A stretch of 64,000 nt of DNA, from assembly GCF_036321535.1 (NCBI RefSeq), contig NC_087436.1:99636001-99700000 (forward strand), in the 5' to 3' direction. The number at the start of each line of letters is the position of its first letter. Position 1 is the first letter of the stretch. Of this stretch, positions 24,941 through 38,249 are shown piece by piece. Source of the stretch: Camelus dromedarius. Lineage: Eukaryota. The notes beneath the pieces were generated by a model that was given only the letters and a program-made list of their open reading frames with translations, did no database searches and was not told where the DNA came from. The position numbers were made by a program, and so were the translations under genes.

Positions 24941-25872
24941 AACAATCAATAGGAACTTTTAGTTTCAAATGCCCATGAGATATACCAGGGCACTCAGCAT
25001 GTCCCTGTATGGGACCTAAAGCCAGTGCCCATAACTCTATTTGCTATATAATATATATAACATATATATATGGTGCTATTATATAACTGTATATATATAT
25101 ATATATGGCGCTATTATATAACTGTCTTTTATGCTTGATTACTGGGTTCAATCTTTTACTTTAATACCTTTCTTTGGATCCAATAGACAAGTATTCTGAC
25201 TTCTTTCTTAAAAGCTTATTTGCATTAAATTTTATTTTTCTTCAACTTTCCCTGATAGAGATAATTACATGAATTTTATCAAGGATTATTCAAACAACTT
25301 GAATAATATCCTTGGTTATATTCATGTTACAGTATGAACTGAATAATAGGCATGGTTATGTTCATGTTACAATATGAATTTCATAAATTACCTTAAGAAA
25401 TATGATATTTGTGTTCAATTATCAATCCAACAAAAAGTTTTTTCTCACTTATAAGAGTGCAAAAATGTGAAAATTGAAAGCATATTTTAATTTTCAGGCA
25501 TATATAGAGTATATCTGAAAGCTTTTTTTTCATTGGATATGAAATTAAAATTAGATCTCCTTTACTTTCAATTTTGGAGAGGCTAAGTTTGCTTCTGATT
25601 TAGAAACAGGACATTTAATTAAATTTATAGTTAATATATTACTTACACTTTAAATTATAATGCATCAGTTTTCAGATGTGAAGATTTAATAAATTATCAA
25701 ACTATACATATGTATGTAAAGTTTATAAACTTTAAATACATGTACAAACCACAAATACATTTATTTATCAAGTACATTTATTTCCTAAATTTTGATGATA
25801 AATGTTGAGTGATAGTTTCTAAATTTAGATTTAGCTGAATATCACAACATTTTTGTTTTAACAGATAGTTAG

Positions 25873-26246
25873 TTTCTTTACTTTGTCTGATTGCTCTGGC
25901 TAGGACTTCCAGTACTGCACTGAACAAGAGTGGTGAGACTGAGCACCTTGTCTTGTTCAGGATCTCAGAAAAAAAGCTTTCAACCTTTTACTCTGGAGCA
26001 TAGTGTTAACTGTGGGTTTGTCCTATATAGTCTTGTATCTGGTTGAGATATGTTTCTTCTATACTCAAATTTTCTGAGGATTTTTATCATATTGTATTTT
26101 GTCAAATGCTTTTTATTCTGTATCTGTTGGGATAATCATACGATTGTTGTCTTTCATTCTATTAAAAAGATTTATTGATTTGTGTATATGGAAATATTCT
26201 TGCATCCTAGGGACAAATCCCACTTGATCACAGTCCTTTTAATGTG
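25873..26246 (-). mobile_element. L1 ORF2 (RT region) fragment, inverted
   Basis: ctgattgctctggctaggacttccagtact...aaatcccacttgatca is the reverse complement of L1 ORF2. Confidence 0.85.
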
Positions 26247-26665
26247 TAACAAAAAGCATCAAAATTAAAAAGAAAGAAGTAAAATTATCTTTATTTGCAG
26301 ATTATACAATCTAACATATAGAAAATCCTAAATACCCCACCAAAAAACTGTTTGAACTAATCAACAAATTAACTTAAAGCTACAGTATATAAATACACAC
26401 ACACACACATATATATATATAAACATATATCTCTTAACATATAGAGATGAGTTGCATTTATATATGCTAAAAACAAAATATCTTAAAAGAAACAAAGAAA
26501 ATAATTCCATTCATGATAGTATCAAAAACAATAAAATAATTAGAAATAAATTTAACCAAGGAAGTGACTGCTCTTTACAAGACTTTGATGAAAAAAATTG
26601 AGGAAAATACAGAAAGATAATCTGTGTTCACAGATTGGAAGAATTAATACTGTAAAATTGGACAA
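26247..26665 (+). mobile_element. L1 ORF2 (RT region) fragment
   Basis: 26291-26311 encodes LFADYTI, a decayed LFADDMI RT motif; also gattggaagaattaata. Confidence 0.85.
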
Positions 26666-26689
26666 AATTTTCAGTTCTTTTTGTAAACG

Positions 26690-29600
26690 TCAGTGAGTGA
26701 AATTGCTGGATTTTATGGGTAAAGTATGTTCAGTTTTGTAAAAACTGTCAAAATGGCTTTTCCAAAGTGATTGTACCATTTTGCATTCCCACCGGTAATG
26801 ATTAAAAGTTCTTGTTGCTCCAAGTCTTCATCAGCATTTGGTGATGTAATTGTTTTAGATTTTGGCCATACTAATAGATAAGTAGTGACATCTTGCTGTT
26901 CTTTTAATTTGCATTTCCCTGATGACATATGATGTGGAGAATCTTTTTATATGCTTATTTGCATTTGATAACTTGTCTTTGCATTTTTCTTTAGCTCAAA
27001 ATATTTTAAAATTTCTCTTGAGATTTATTCTCATGTGTTATTTGGAAGTTTGTTGTTTAATCTCTGAGTATTTTGAAAATTTCCAGCTATGTTTCTTTTA
27101 TTGATTTCTAGTTTAAATCCATTGTGATCTGAGAGCAGACATTGTATTACTTCTGTTCTTTAAAAATGTGTTAAAATGTGTTTTATGGCCCAGAGTGTGG
27201 TCTATCTTGCTACATATTCCATGTGAGCTTGAGAAGAATGTGTAGTCTGATGTTGTGGGATGAAATCATCTTTGGATATCAATTGAACCCAGTTGATTGG
27301 TGGTGATGTGTTCTACTGCTGTTGGATGAAATAGTGTGCAGATGTCAACTATATCCAGTTGATTGATGGTGTTGTTGAGTTCAACTACAGCCTTACTGAT
27401 TTTCTACCTGCTCGATCTGTACCTTTCTGAGAGGTATTTAGAAGTCTCCAACTATTAGAGTGGATTCATCTGTTTCTCTTTCTAATTCTGTTAGTTTTTG
27501 CCTCACATAATTTGATGCTCTGTTGTTATGTACATACACATTAATGATTGTTATATGTCCTTGAAGAACTGACCTCTTTTTCTTTATGTGATGCCCTCCT
27601 TTATCCTTGATAACTTTCCTTGCTTGGAAGTCTGCTCTGTCTGAAATTAATATAACTACTCTTGCTTTCTTTTGATTAATGTGAGTACAGTATGTTTTTA
27701 TCCATCCATTTACTTTTGATGTATGTGTCTTTATATTTTAAATGGGTTTCTTGTAGGCAACTTATAGTTGGCTCTTATTTTCTGATCTACTTTGACCATC
27801 TCTGTCTTTAATTGGTACATTTAGACAATTTTATGTTCAAAGAGACTACTGTTATAGTCAGATTAATATCTACCATATTTGCTGCTGTTTTCTATTGTTG
27901 CCCTTATTCTTTGTTCCTTTTTTTGTCTTTCACTCTTTTCCTGTCTTTTGTGGCTTTAATTGAGTATTTTATATGACTTCATTTTCTTTCCTTTTTTAGC
28001 AATATATATTTACAGCTAATCCAAGACTAATTTCAGATAGTACGATGCCACTTGATGGACAGTTGACTATCTTATAGTAGCAAAATAATCCTAATTTCTC
28101 CTTCTCAAAACTTGTATTATTGCTATCAGTTATTTCACTTATATGTAAGCATCCATGTGTCTATAAATTCACACATGTATTTATCAAATATATTGTTATT
28201 ATTTTAAACAAAGTGTTATCTCTTAGTACTTAATAATAATAAAAATAAAAGTTTTTATGTTACCTTTACTTACTCCTCATTTGATGCTCTTCCTTACTTT
28301 ATATAAGTCCAAGTTTATAACCTATATTATTTTCCTTCTCTCTAAAGAACTTCTTTTAACATTTCTTGCAAGGCAGATCTATGGGAAATTGTTTCCTCAA
28401 TTTTTGTTTGTCTGAGAAAGACTTTATTTCTACCTCACTCTTGAAAGCCAGTCTCTCAGATTACCGAATTCTAGTTTGGTTGGGGGTTTTCCTCAACACC
28501 CTATTTCACTTCAGTTTTTTCTTGTTTGAATGGTTTCTGAGAAGAAATCAGATGTGATTTTAGTCTTTGTTCCTTTATATGTAAGTTTTATTTTCTTCTG
28601 GTATCTTTTAGGTTTTTTTATGCTTGATTTTCTATAATTTGAAAATGATATTTGTAGGTGTAGGCTTTTTTTTTTTCTTCTTTTTTTGCATTTATCTTGT
28701 TCTCTGAGTTTCCTGTGCCTTTGGTTTGGTGTCTGACATTGATTTGGGGGAAGTTTTGTTCAAATATTTAAATATTTTTTCCTGTTCCTTTCTCTCTTTC
28801 TTCTGATATTCCCATTACGTGTACTTTTTGTAGTTGAATCACAATTCTTGGATGATCTGTTCTGTTTTTTTCAGTTTATTTTTCCTCTTTGCTTTTCAGC
28901 TTTGGAAGTTTTTATTGTCAAATCCTCAAGCTTTGAGATTCTTTCCTCGGCACTATCCAGTCTACTAATGAGCCCATCAAAGGCATTTTTCACTTCTGTT
29001 ACGGTGTTTTTGATCTCTAGAATTTTTTGTTGTTGTTCTTAGAATTTTTATCTCTTTTCTCACAGTGCCCATTTGTTCTTGCATGCTGTCTACTTTATTC
29101 ATTAGTGCCCTTAAAATACTAATTGTACTTTTTTAAAATTCTCAGGCTGATAATTCCAACATCCCTGCCGTATCTGTTTCCAGTTCTATTCTGTATCTTC
29201 AAATTGTGTTTTTTGCCTCTTGGTATGCCTTCTAGTGTTTCTCTGGCAGTTGGACATGAAGTACCTGGTAAAAAGAACTTATGTAAATAGTGCTTTAGTA
29301 ATATGGTGGTGAGGTAGCAGGGGAGAGGCAGTGTGTTCTATAAGCCTTAGGATTAGATCTCTGTCTTTCAGTGAGCCTATGCCACTGGACCGGGAATGTG
29401 GCTACTATTTCTCAGTGCTTTTCTCTCCCTCTTAAGTGAGACAGAATGACCAGAGTGGGATGGAGTTGATTATTTCCCTTCCCCTAGGTCAGTTAGGCCC
29501 TGATAATACCCCAGGTTGTTAGGCACTGACTAACTAGTTTCCCCTGAGTACAGACCTTGTTAGAAAGAACAGAATATGCTGATGTTTTATTTTCTCCTCT

Positions 29601-29995
29601 TCCTGCTGGAGGGGGTTTTTCTTCAGTATTGACTGCGGAAACCTGGTCAAGGTGCTATAGATAAATCTCTCAATATTGTGGGGGCCCCTAAGGACTGGGT
29701 TTAGTTTTTAACTGTCAGAGTTGTCTACAATGATTCTTCAGCAATTTATCAATTATAGTTCAGATGTTCCTATCATGGCACTGGTTCCTATCCTGTTTCC
29801 CCTCTTGAGTATCTGCTTCAGTAAACCATGGCTCCCTGTATTTTTACCTGTCTTTCTCTCCAATCTTGGGGACCACGGTGTTCTCCCCTTACAGATAGAA
29901 GAAGACTTGCTCATTTTTCAGCATGTTCAGTTTTTTTTAGTTGTCTTTAGAACAGAGTGGCAACTGCTAAGCTCTTTACATGTGGTTCCAGAAAC
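26690..29995 (-). mobile_element. Large internally deleted ancient L1 (L1M) spanning ORF2 pieces, ORF1 and 5' region
   Basis: ttgtaccattttgcattcccacc...tttaatttgcatttccctgatga (ORF2 3'), ccattgtgatctgagagca...aagtctccaactatt (endonuclease region), then ORF1/5'UTR-like sequence. Confidence 0.75.
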
Positions 29996-31470
29996 CATGT
30001 TCCCCTCTATTTTTACTGATAAACGAGTTTGACTCATAGAAGTTGAGTAACTTCTTCTTTATCACAAAACGCAGAGAACTTAGAAATTAAAAAAAAAAAA
30101 AGGCTTTTCAGGAAAATCAGAGAAAAATGCATAGAGAAAGCTTCCTGAGGAGGAGGTTATATTTGAACTCGGTTCTGAGAGATAAAGGACTTTGATCAGT
30201 AGATAATTGATAGATTTTTGGCAAAGGAACTGAAATAGACTATAAAATATCCCATAGTTTCTCAGGATAAAAGTGAAGGATAGAAACGAAGGAAGGGTTT
30301 TTAAGCCCTTGCATGTGGAACTGGAAGCCAGAAGTCTTCCAGCTTTGAATGTTTCAGTGCAGATCTTTTGATATTTTGACACCGTGCTGGTTTCACTCCC
30401 ATTTGTGTTTATCTAGTTATTAATTCTGTTAATATTAACTAGTTGCAAAGTATAATTCTGCTGATATTTTTGCAGACCATGTGTTTATCTTGTTTGACCA
30501 GCCCTAGTTCCACCAGGTTATACCCAGTCCTTAATTCTGGGTCTAATTATATCAACTTTGCCTTTCAGCTCTCAAGAAAATATCCCTCATTTTTTGCATG
30601 TGCTTTTATTTCATTATCAAGACACTGAGTATGAATCTAAAACTTATTGAGAGCTATTTCAAGTTGGACATTAAACATCTTTTCTAGTTTATCATTAAAA
30701 TATTTCTCTGCTACTTGTATTAAATGCTGATTATTTGTTTCTTTGCCTTTAATCCACCTCTCATTAAATTGCTATTCCTGGGGAAACTCTCAAAACCAGT
30801 TTTTGAGTCATTTATTCTTTGATCTTCATTCTTCCAGGTCAAATATGAAATAGAAGAATGTCAGGATCCTTTTTTCTTTTCCTCTGTCATTTAATAAATA
30901 TGTCTAATTTAGAGTCAGATAGACTCTAAAGTTGTGTGGCCTTGGGTAATTTAGTTTTCTATTTCTTCATTTGTAAAGATGGCACAAAGATATCTGACTG
31001 TATTTCTGAGAGCCAATGGATATAAAATGCCTAGAAACCTAATGCACAGTAGCTAGAGGTGATATTTTAAATGGGAAATTTTAGAGTTCAAGAAACTCAA
31101 TATATCAAGAATTTTTTTTAATGGGAACTCAAAAAATGGTAGTGTAGAAACAATGTATGTAGAAAAATGTTTCTAAAAGAAGGTCTCACATGCAGACTGT
31201 CCCTTATATTTCATTTCTTTGGTTTCAAGATTATTTTCCACATATATAAATCAAAATAATATAATTTTAACAAGGGATCTTATAAGAGTAACAAAATGTC
31301 TTTCAACTCACACCTTCACAGTTAGGAATTCTTCAGTGTCATTGTACTATTTCTATAATAAACCTTATACTGGAGTCTCATTAATCCTTTCTAATGTTAC
31401 ATCCCACTAGGGCATCTTCACACAGTTTTTAATTATTTTTTTCTTTTTTTTGGCTCCAGATTCAGGATCT

Positions 31471-31873
31471 CTGGGATGGTCAGTTTTGTGTGTCAACTTG
31501 ACTAAGCCACAGGTTGCTCACATATTTGGTCAAACATTTTTCTAGGTGTTTCTGTGAGGGTTTTTGGATAGGATTAACATTTTAATTAGTAGTGGAAAGA
31601 ATATTGACCTCCATACTATGGTTGGGCCATATCCAATTAGTTAAAGGTTAAAATAGAAGAAAAAGGTTAACTCTCCCCCACATAAAAAATAATTCTCCAG
31701 GAGATTACCTTTGGGCTTTATTTCCACCACTGGCTCTGCTAGGTCTCAAGACCATCATTGTTCATAATAGAATTGTACCATTGGCTCTCTTGAATCTTGA
31801 GCTTGGTGGCCCACAATTCATATTTGGACTTGCCAGCCACAACAGTCACATAAACTAATTATAACAAATCTCT

Positions 31874-31935
<62 letters not shown>

Positions 31936-31964
31936 TGTTTCTCTGGAGAACTGTGACTAATACA
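31471..31964 (+). mobile_element. ERVL MLT2-type solo LTR with internal (TA)n
   Basis: gatggtcagttttgtgtgtcaacttgactaagccac ... (TA)n ttctgtttctctggagaactgtgactaataca. Confidence 0.85.
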
Positions 31965-32945
31965 ACCTCTCTTAATTGCTGTAGTGCAAAGTAAATGCTC
32001 TTACAACATTTGCCATGGTCTTGCAACATTTGAGCTAGTCAGTAATCTTGAATTAGACTATTAATTTAAACTTGACTGTCATTCTGCCTTTGGACAGAAG
32101 TGCTAATATTTAACTTTACAGTCTATTAGAATTTATATAAGCATCATGTTTCCTAAGTGCAACAGATGTGTTCTAGAAAAATAACGCAAGCTCTGAAAAG
32201 TTATTCCATTATGCTATTGAATTTCCATTGTTCATCTTCTGAGGATTATGACTTTTCCTGAATAGTTTTTCTCCCTATACTGTGTTTGTTGATACCTATT
32301 ATAATATATCCTTAATTTCTTCAATTTTCCTGTTATATTTTGGTTTATGCTTTGTATTAGTATTCTTTTAGTGGTTATCCATGATTTTTAAATACTTGCT
32401 AGACTTAACAAATAAAATGTTAAACAGTCTCACTCATCCCATACAATAACACAATCTGAAAATTTTAGTTATTACTCCTTTTCATTCTTGAGGTTGTGCC
32501 CAGCACTTTTCTTCATGCTTTGTCTACATTCAAACCTCATAGGAAATTAGATATAATGAGGATAATGAATTAGCATCAACAATAATACTAGTTATCCCAT
32601 TGTAGCACCAATTAGAGAAACTTAAAATATTACTTGAATCTTCATAAATTCCATTGTGGGTGACATTATCAACCTACTTTAATAGATAAGGAAGAACTCA
32701 AAGGAATTCAGTAATTGTTTCAAATCTTAGAGACAAAAAGAGACAAGGAAGGAATTTGAACATTGGGCTCTATCATTAAGCAGCATGTATTGTTTGTATG
32801 ACAGTGTGTTAATAAATTTTGCCTAAGTTTTACAATGAAGTAGAATATAAAGCCTGGATATTTCCTAGTATGAGTACCATATTGAATGCTGGTGCCAATA
32901 TTCAGACACTTGATCTGTCAACAATTTTGCCCCAACTTTTTAAAT

Positions 32946-32991
32946 GTTTTGTTTTGTTTTGTTTTGTTTTGTTTTGTTTTGTTTTGTTTTT
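32946..32991. repeat. (GTTTT)n microsatellite
   Basis: Directly visible. Confidence 0.9.
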
Positions 32992-33297
32992 ACACATATA
33001 TTTGCTTTCAGTCAAATTTTGAAACAATTTGAATTGGAAAAAGTAAAACAAATATTCAGACACTGAGGCAAAATTGTTTAAGAAGGAAAAATCTATCAAA
33101 CTATTAATTAACAACAAAGCTATACATATTAATAATGTATATAGAATTGATTTTCCTATTAGAGAAAACATGATTCTTCTGATAACTATACATGAGCTAC
33201 AGCATTTCAATGACAAGTATCAAGTTAAAAGCCTACTAAATGTTGATAATGGCATATAAGGCAAAGAGTTAGATATTCATGGTTTCTATCTACACCT

Positions 33298-33908
33298 CAT
33301 AACCAAGCAGGACCCTAAGAGAACTTCCTGTGATAGACCATCACCCCATATCCTCTGCCTGCCTCTTGTTTGTAGAAAAACTTTAGCCTTTTAGCCCTTC
33401 CCCAAGGTCCGAAGAATGAATTCAATCAGAGAAATGAGAAAAAGCAGAAACAAAGGAAAACAATCAAGCAAGGCAAAATAATGATAGTTTAACCACTAAA
33501 CACAATCAAGAACATTTAGTTTCTTTTCAAGGGCTATAATGTTCTGAGCCATATCCTTTGAGCAGTTTTATAGATCCTGAAACCCCCCACCAGGTGGAAG
33601 AAGTTAACATTGACACCAGACAGGTTGGTTCCAGAGGTTAATGATGTTAACTCCTAACTACCTCACCGCCAGTCAGTCAGACGGATGTCCATGAGCTGAT
33701 CACACACCCACAACCGCCTTCCCTCACCCTGTCTTTAAGAATCTTTCCCTGAAAGCCATTGGGGAGTTTGAGCCTTTAGAGCATGAGCTGCCTGGTCTCC
33801 TTTCTTGGTGTCCTGCAATGAACGCTGCACTTCCTTTCACCACAACCTGTTGTCAGTAGTTGGCTTTCCTGCATTCAGGCGAGCAGACTCAAGTTTGGAT
33901 CAGTAACA
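33298..33908 (+). mobile_element. ERV (ERV1-like) solo LTR
   Basis: ~610 bp block of higher GC, starting (c)ataaccaagcaggaccc and ending ...cagactcaagtttggatcagtaaca; LTR-like U3-R-U5 composition. Confidence 0.7.
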
Positions 33909-36900
33909 CAGTAATAAAATCACAGAACTTAGAGAATCTAGAACAAGTACAGTATATTAAATAAAGCATGCTCTATACAATTAGCTGGCATGCAACCAAT
34001 TTTTAGATCAGTAACATAAAAACAAATTTAAGAGGGTAATTTCTTATGACCTAGGACAGAGATATTTTTCCTCTTTGTTTCTGCTCTTAACTCCTTCAAG
34101 GTCTTTGATAACCAGCAGCTATGTTTTACAAATTTATTCTAAACTAAAGGGCTGAGACAAGATATTGCTTAAAGAACCTTCTAGCTTTTAAAGTGCACAA
34201 ATAAAGGTAGCTTGGGTAATGTTTTTCCCTCTGCAACACCCTGAAAATTCAATATTTCTATATATGAAGAGATGATAAACACTGTCTTTCCCTTTATACT
34301 CTCTCCCAGGAGAGCAGAGAATTTGTTAAAGTCACAGTTTTAAGAGTTCTTCGTGTTCATCAAAGTCTTGATAACCACTGTAAAAAGAATCCCCCCTCCA
34401 AATTAAGCATATGAATGCTCTGAATCCCCGAATACTCTGCAGATAACTGTGATAAAATTTTATTAGACATTTGGCCCAGTGGAAGGCAGGACCATGAATA
34501 AGCTGATATTCAATATACATAATTTGATTTTTATTTGCTACTTTAGCAAATGTTTAGTCATTCCTGTTAATGCTGGCTTCTGCTTGTTTTCTATGCCAAA
34601 TCGGCACACCCCCCCCCACATTCTTTATAGCTGTTATAGGAAGTTAAACCTAAATTAATAGTTATATACATTTTTATATGTTCTTTTGACTATAGTTGGT
34701 ACATTTCCAAGATATTTTCAAAACATATAAAGAATATCCTATATTCTAAGTATATATAGGGTATATATATCCTACATATATAAGGGTAAGTTACAGTATA
34801 TTCTTATATAGTAAGATATAGCATTCATTTTACTTCTGACTTTTGCTCCTTTGAGAAAGTTTGCATTTAATCCTAGATTTTGCTGTGCTTTTTGATTTAA
34901 TCTTAGTAATTATGTAGGTCATTAATTAATTAATTAATTCAAAATGTACTTTCCAGGCAGAGATACTTTACCAGATTATTAATTTGAACATAATTTAGAG
35001 TGTTTCCTTTTGATAGATACATAGATTCCTTTTGAGAGATACATAATTATCTAAGTAATGAAATAAAATATTGTGAAATGAGAATAGCAGACTCTAACTT
35101 GAAGAAACTTTGCATACAGTCTATACATGTAAAAATAATTTAACATCAAGTGCTGGTCAACAAGAGATTCAACATTTTTTAAAATTATTCTCCTATGGGT
35201 TATGATATCATTGGGAAAATCTCTAAATATATGCTAATTTAGGTGCCTGATAACTGAACTCAAATGATCCCATTGAGATTAACTATAATCTGTTGTTATC
35301 ATTCCAAAGCAAATAGCTTTATAAAAAAAATTGAACATGTGTGTACAGATGTGTAAGTGAAGCCCATATACAAACATACACAGGTAAAAATAATGACTTT
35401 AGAACTACAATTTATTTAGAGAAAAATAGATTTAAGGTGTGCCTGTTCATTATGTATCTTGCTAATCATTCTATTCATCTGTTTCTATGTTACAGTTTTT
35501 ATGTTGTGTGTATGTAAGCATCTGCAACCACTGACTGAAAAACCATGTCACTCATGGCAATGTGGTTGTGATGTCCATTGACATCCCCTTGTGGAGGTTA
35601 AGTAGTCAGTTGAATGTCAGATCTGACCAATTATCAGCCCTAAGAATACGTATAATGACATATTTGTACATAGCCTTTTCATCATGAGTGACACAGTGAT
35701 TTGAATTGCTCCAAGGTACTCCTTATTTTAAAAAGTGTTCTGTATATTTTTTAAAGAAGTTGCCAGTATAAATCCCTGTGGTGGTTCCTTTGGCAACAAA
35801 CCAAGAAACAGCTTTAAGTGCTGAAACACTGAGAGATGTTGACAGGGTCACTTCAAAGAGGCTCAAGAGATTTTAAAAAATGATATGGTAACTTTTCTTC
35901 TAGTTTCTGAAAGCATACTAAAAATAAAAGGCACTGGCCTGTTTTGTAATGCTTATTTTGTAGATAGAACACAACACAAAGTAAGGAGAACCTAAATAAC
36001 TTCACACGACTCACTGCATGACATAGAGTAGGTTGAAACACTGTTTTCCAGTACTTTTGTAAAAGTGTCTTAGTAGGAAAACAAACTTAAAAGGAAACGT
36101 TTTCTAAGTATATTCTTAATAACACTCTACAATTATTCAATAGTACTTCACAAACATTGTTTAGATTCTGGAAAGATGACGGTATAAACATGTTTCCTAA
36201 TCTCATGGAACTCACAGAACTAGTAGAGAGACACATATAAAAAAAAAAAAAGTAAGTGTTGAGCCAAATACAATATTATAAATTGTGGAAATTTTGAAGA
36301 TAAAAAAGTACTGAGTGGTGTGTTGGTTAAATGAGATGAATTGAAAAGATTTGTTAAGGGAAATAAAAGTTAGGATGAAAACTATAGAACAAAAGGAGGA
36401 GCCAGAGCAAATGTTTGAGTGAGTGCTTGTGTATGGGCTGTGGGTGCTGTATCTCCAGGCAGTAAGAACAGCCTAGCTAAGTCTAAAGTAGGAAGTCATT
36501 GGTGCGTTTGAGCGATTCAATGTAAGCCAACATGTATGCAGAGTACAGTGAATAAGAAGTGGCAGGATACTATTTTTACTATTGTATAAAAGAACCAATT
36601 ATCTTTTTAAAATATTTTTAAAATATACCCACATATTTACCATTTCCAAGTGCTCTCTATTTTCTTGTGTAGATTCAATTTTTTTTATCTGGAATCATTC
36701 TCCTTCTTCCTGAAATACTTCCTTTAACAATAGTGCAAAAGCCAGAAGAAGAAAAGTGGAAATATAGTGCTATCAGTTTCTTATGTTCTGCCTGAAGTGG
36801 TATAACATTACTTAAAGGAAGGTGGTAGTAAGTAAATGATGCATGCTATAAAACCTAAGGCAGTTATAAATTTATAACACAGATAAGTAGAGCTAGTAAT

Positions 36901-37734
36901 CAAACAAGGAGATGCAATGAAATCATAAAAAATACTCAGTTAATTTAAAAGAAGATAAATAAGAGGGACAAAATATAAGTTAATGGAAATAAGCAGAAAA
37001 ATAATGCAGGGATCAGTCTTGTTAATAATTGGGGATTTATTTTAAGTGAGATAGGAAGGTTCTGAATGGTTTTCACCTAAGTGGTAATAAAATATGATTT
37101 ACTCTACAAAAAATAATACAGAAATAAAGAAGCAGAAATAAAGAAAAAAAGCATTCGTTGGCTGCCTGAAAACATAAAATGGCTTTGGTGGCTGTCCAGA
37201 AACTGGATTATTAGAGAAGGCAATTTGAATTTGGGAGATATGTTAGCAAGCTATTGTTGTAATAAATAGACCAGGGTAAAATGTCTCTACTGACAACTCA
37301 GCTAACATAATAAATATAACAGATTTTTGCTGTGTCTGCACATTTTGTATCAAAGTTAAAGAATAATTTGATTGAGAATATTTGCAAAATAGTAGAGCTG
37401 CCCCAGGGCATTTGCAAAATCTAACCTATAGATACAAGCTAAGAACATTTACTTTCCACACAAATTGTAATGAAAATTCCTTCCATATCTGTTAGTTACC
37501 TAAAACTGAAGACCTTCTCCTCTCAGTTAAAAAAATCAGCTCCTTTAGTATATGTAATATTTTCATTTTAATAGAAAATAAAATGTGACAAATAAACTTT
37601 AGTAAACCATTGTCTCAAGTTGACTTTCAAAATCCATTCTACTACAAATTGAATTTTGATCATGGTTTTAGACTTCCTTTTCAGGCCATGACTTAGTAAC
37701 AAGAACTAGACTTACTCTCCTGCCTTAAACGTAT

Positions 37735-38247
37735 TGTTACCAAGACCAAACTCAATCTGCTTACTGCACGACAGGCCAATAAATTGGGAAATGAGGTGTT
37801 GGGGCAAGGAATAACACCTTTATTCGGAAAGCCAGCAGACTGAGAAGATGGCAAACTAATGTCCTGGGGAACCATCTTCCTCAAGTCAGAATTTAGGCTC
37901 CTTTTATACTAAAACAATGAGGGGGTGTAGTTGCAGACTTCTTGGTGTTGGGAGTCCTTTGTTCTTGCAGCTGTCCATGTAGGTCAGGTCATGGTGTCCC
38001 TATAAACCTTCAACAAGACAAATGTTATTTTCTATTCTGCAAATTTTTATCTTTACATGAATGGGAACGTATTATACCCTTAGAGATCAGAGCCTTGAGA
38101 ATAGGCTATCCTGTATATTTCAGGCTATAGGCAACATTACTTTACAAAGGTGCAGAACCTTCATGACTAAGCGCTAGAAACAAAACAAAGGGTTAGAGTT
38201 AAAGGAACAGATCTAATGTGGAGTAAGATTTGTTCCTCCCTACTACG
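37735..38247 (-). mobile_element. ERV (ERV1-like) solo LTR nested in an old L1 5' fragment
   Basis: Begins tgttaccaagaccaaactc. Contains tttatt (AATAAA on minus) and ttttata (TATA on minus). Possible 4-bp TSD gtat/atat. Confidence 0.7.
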
Positions 38248-38249
38248 AT

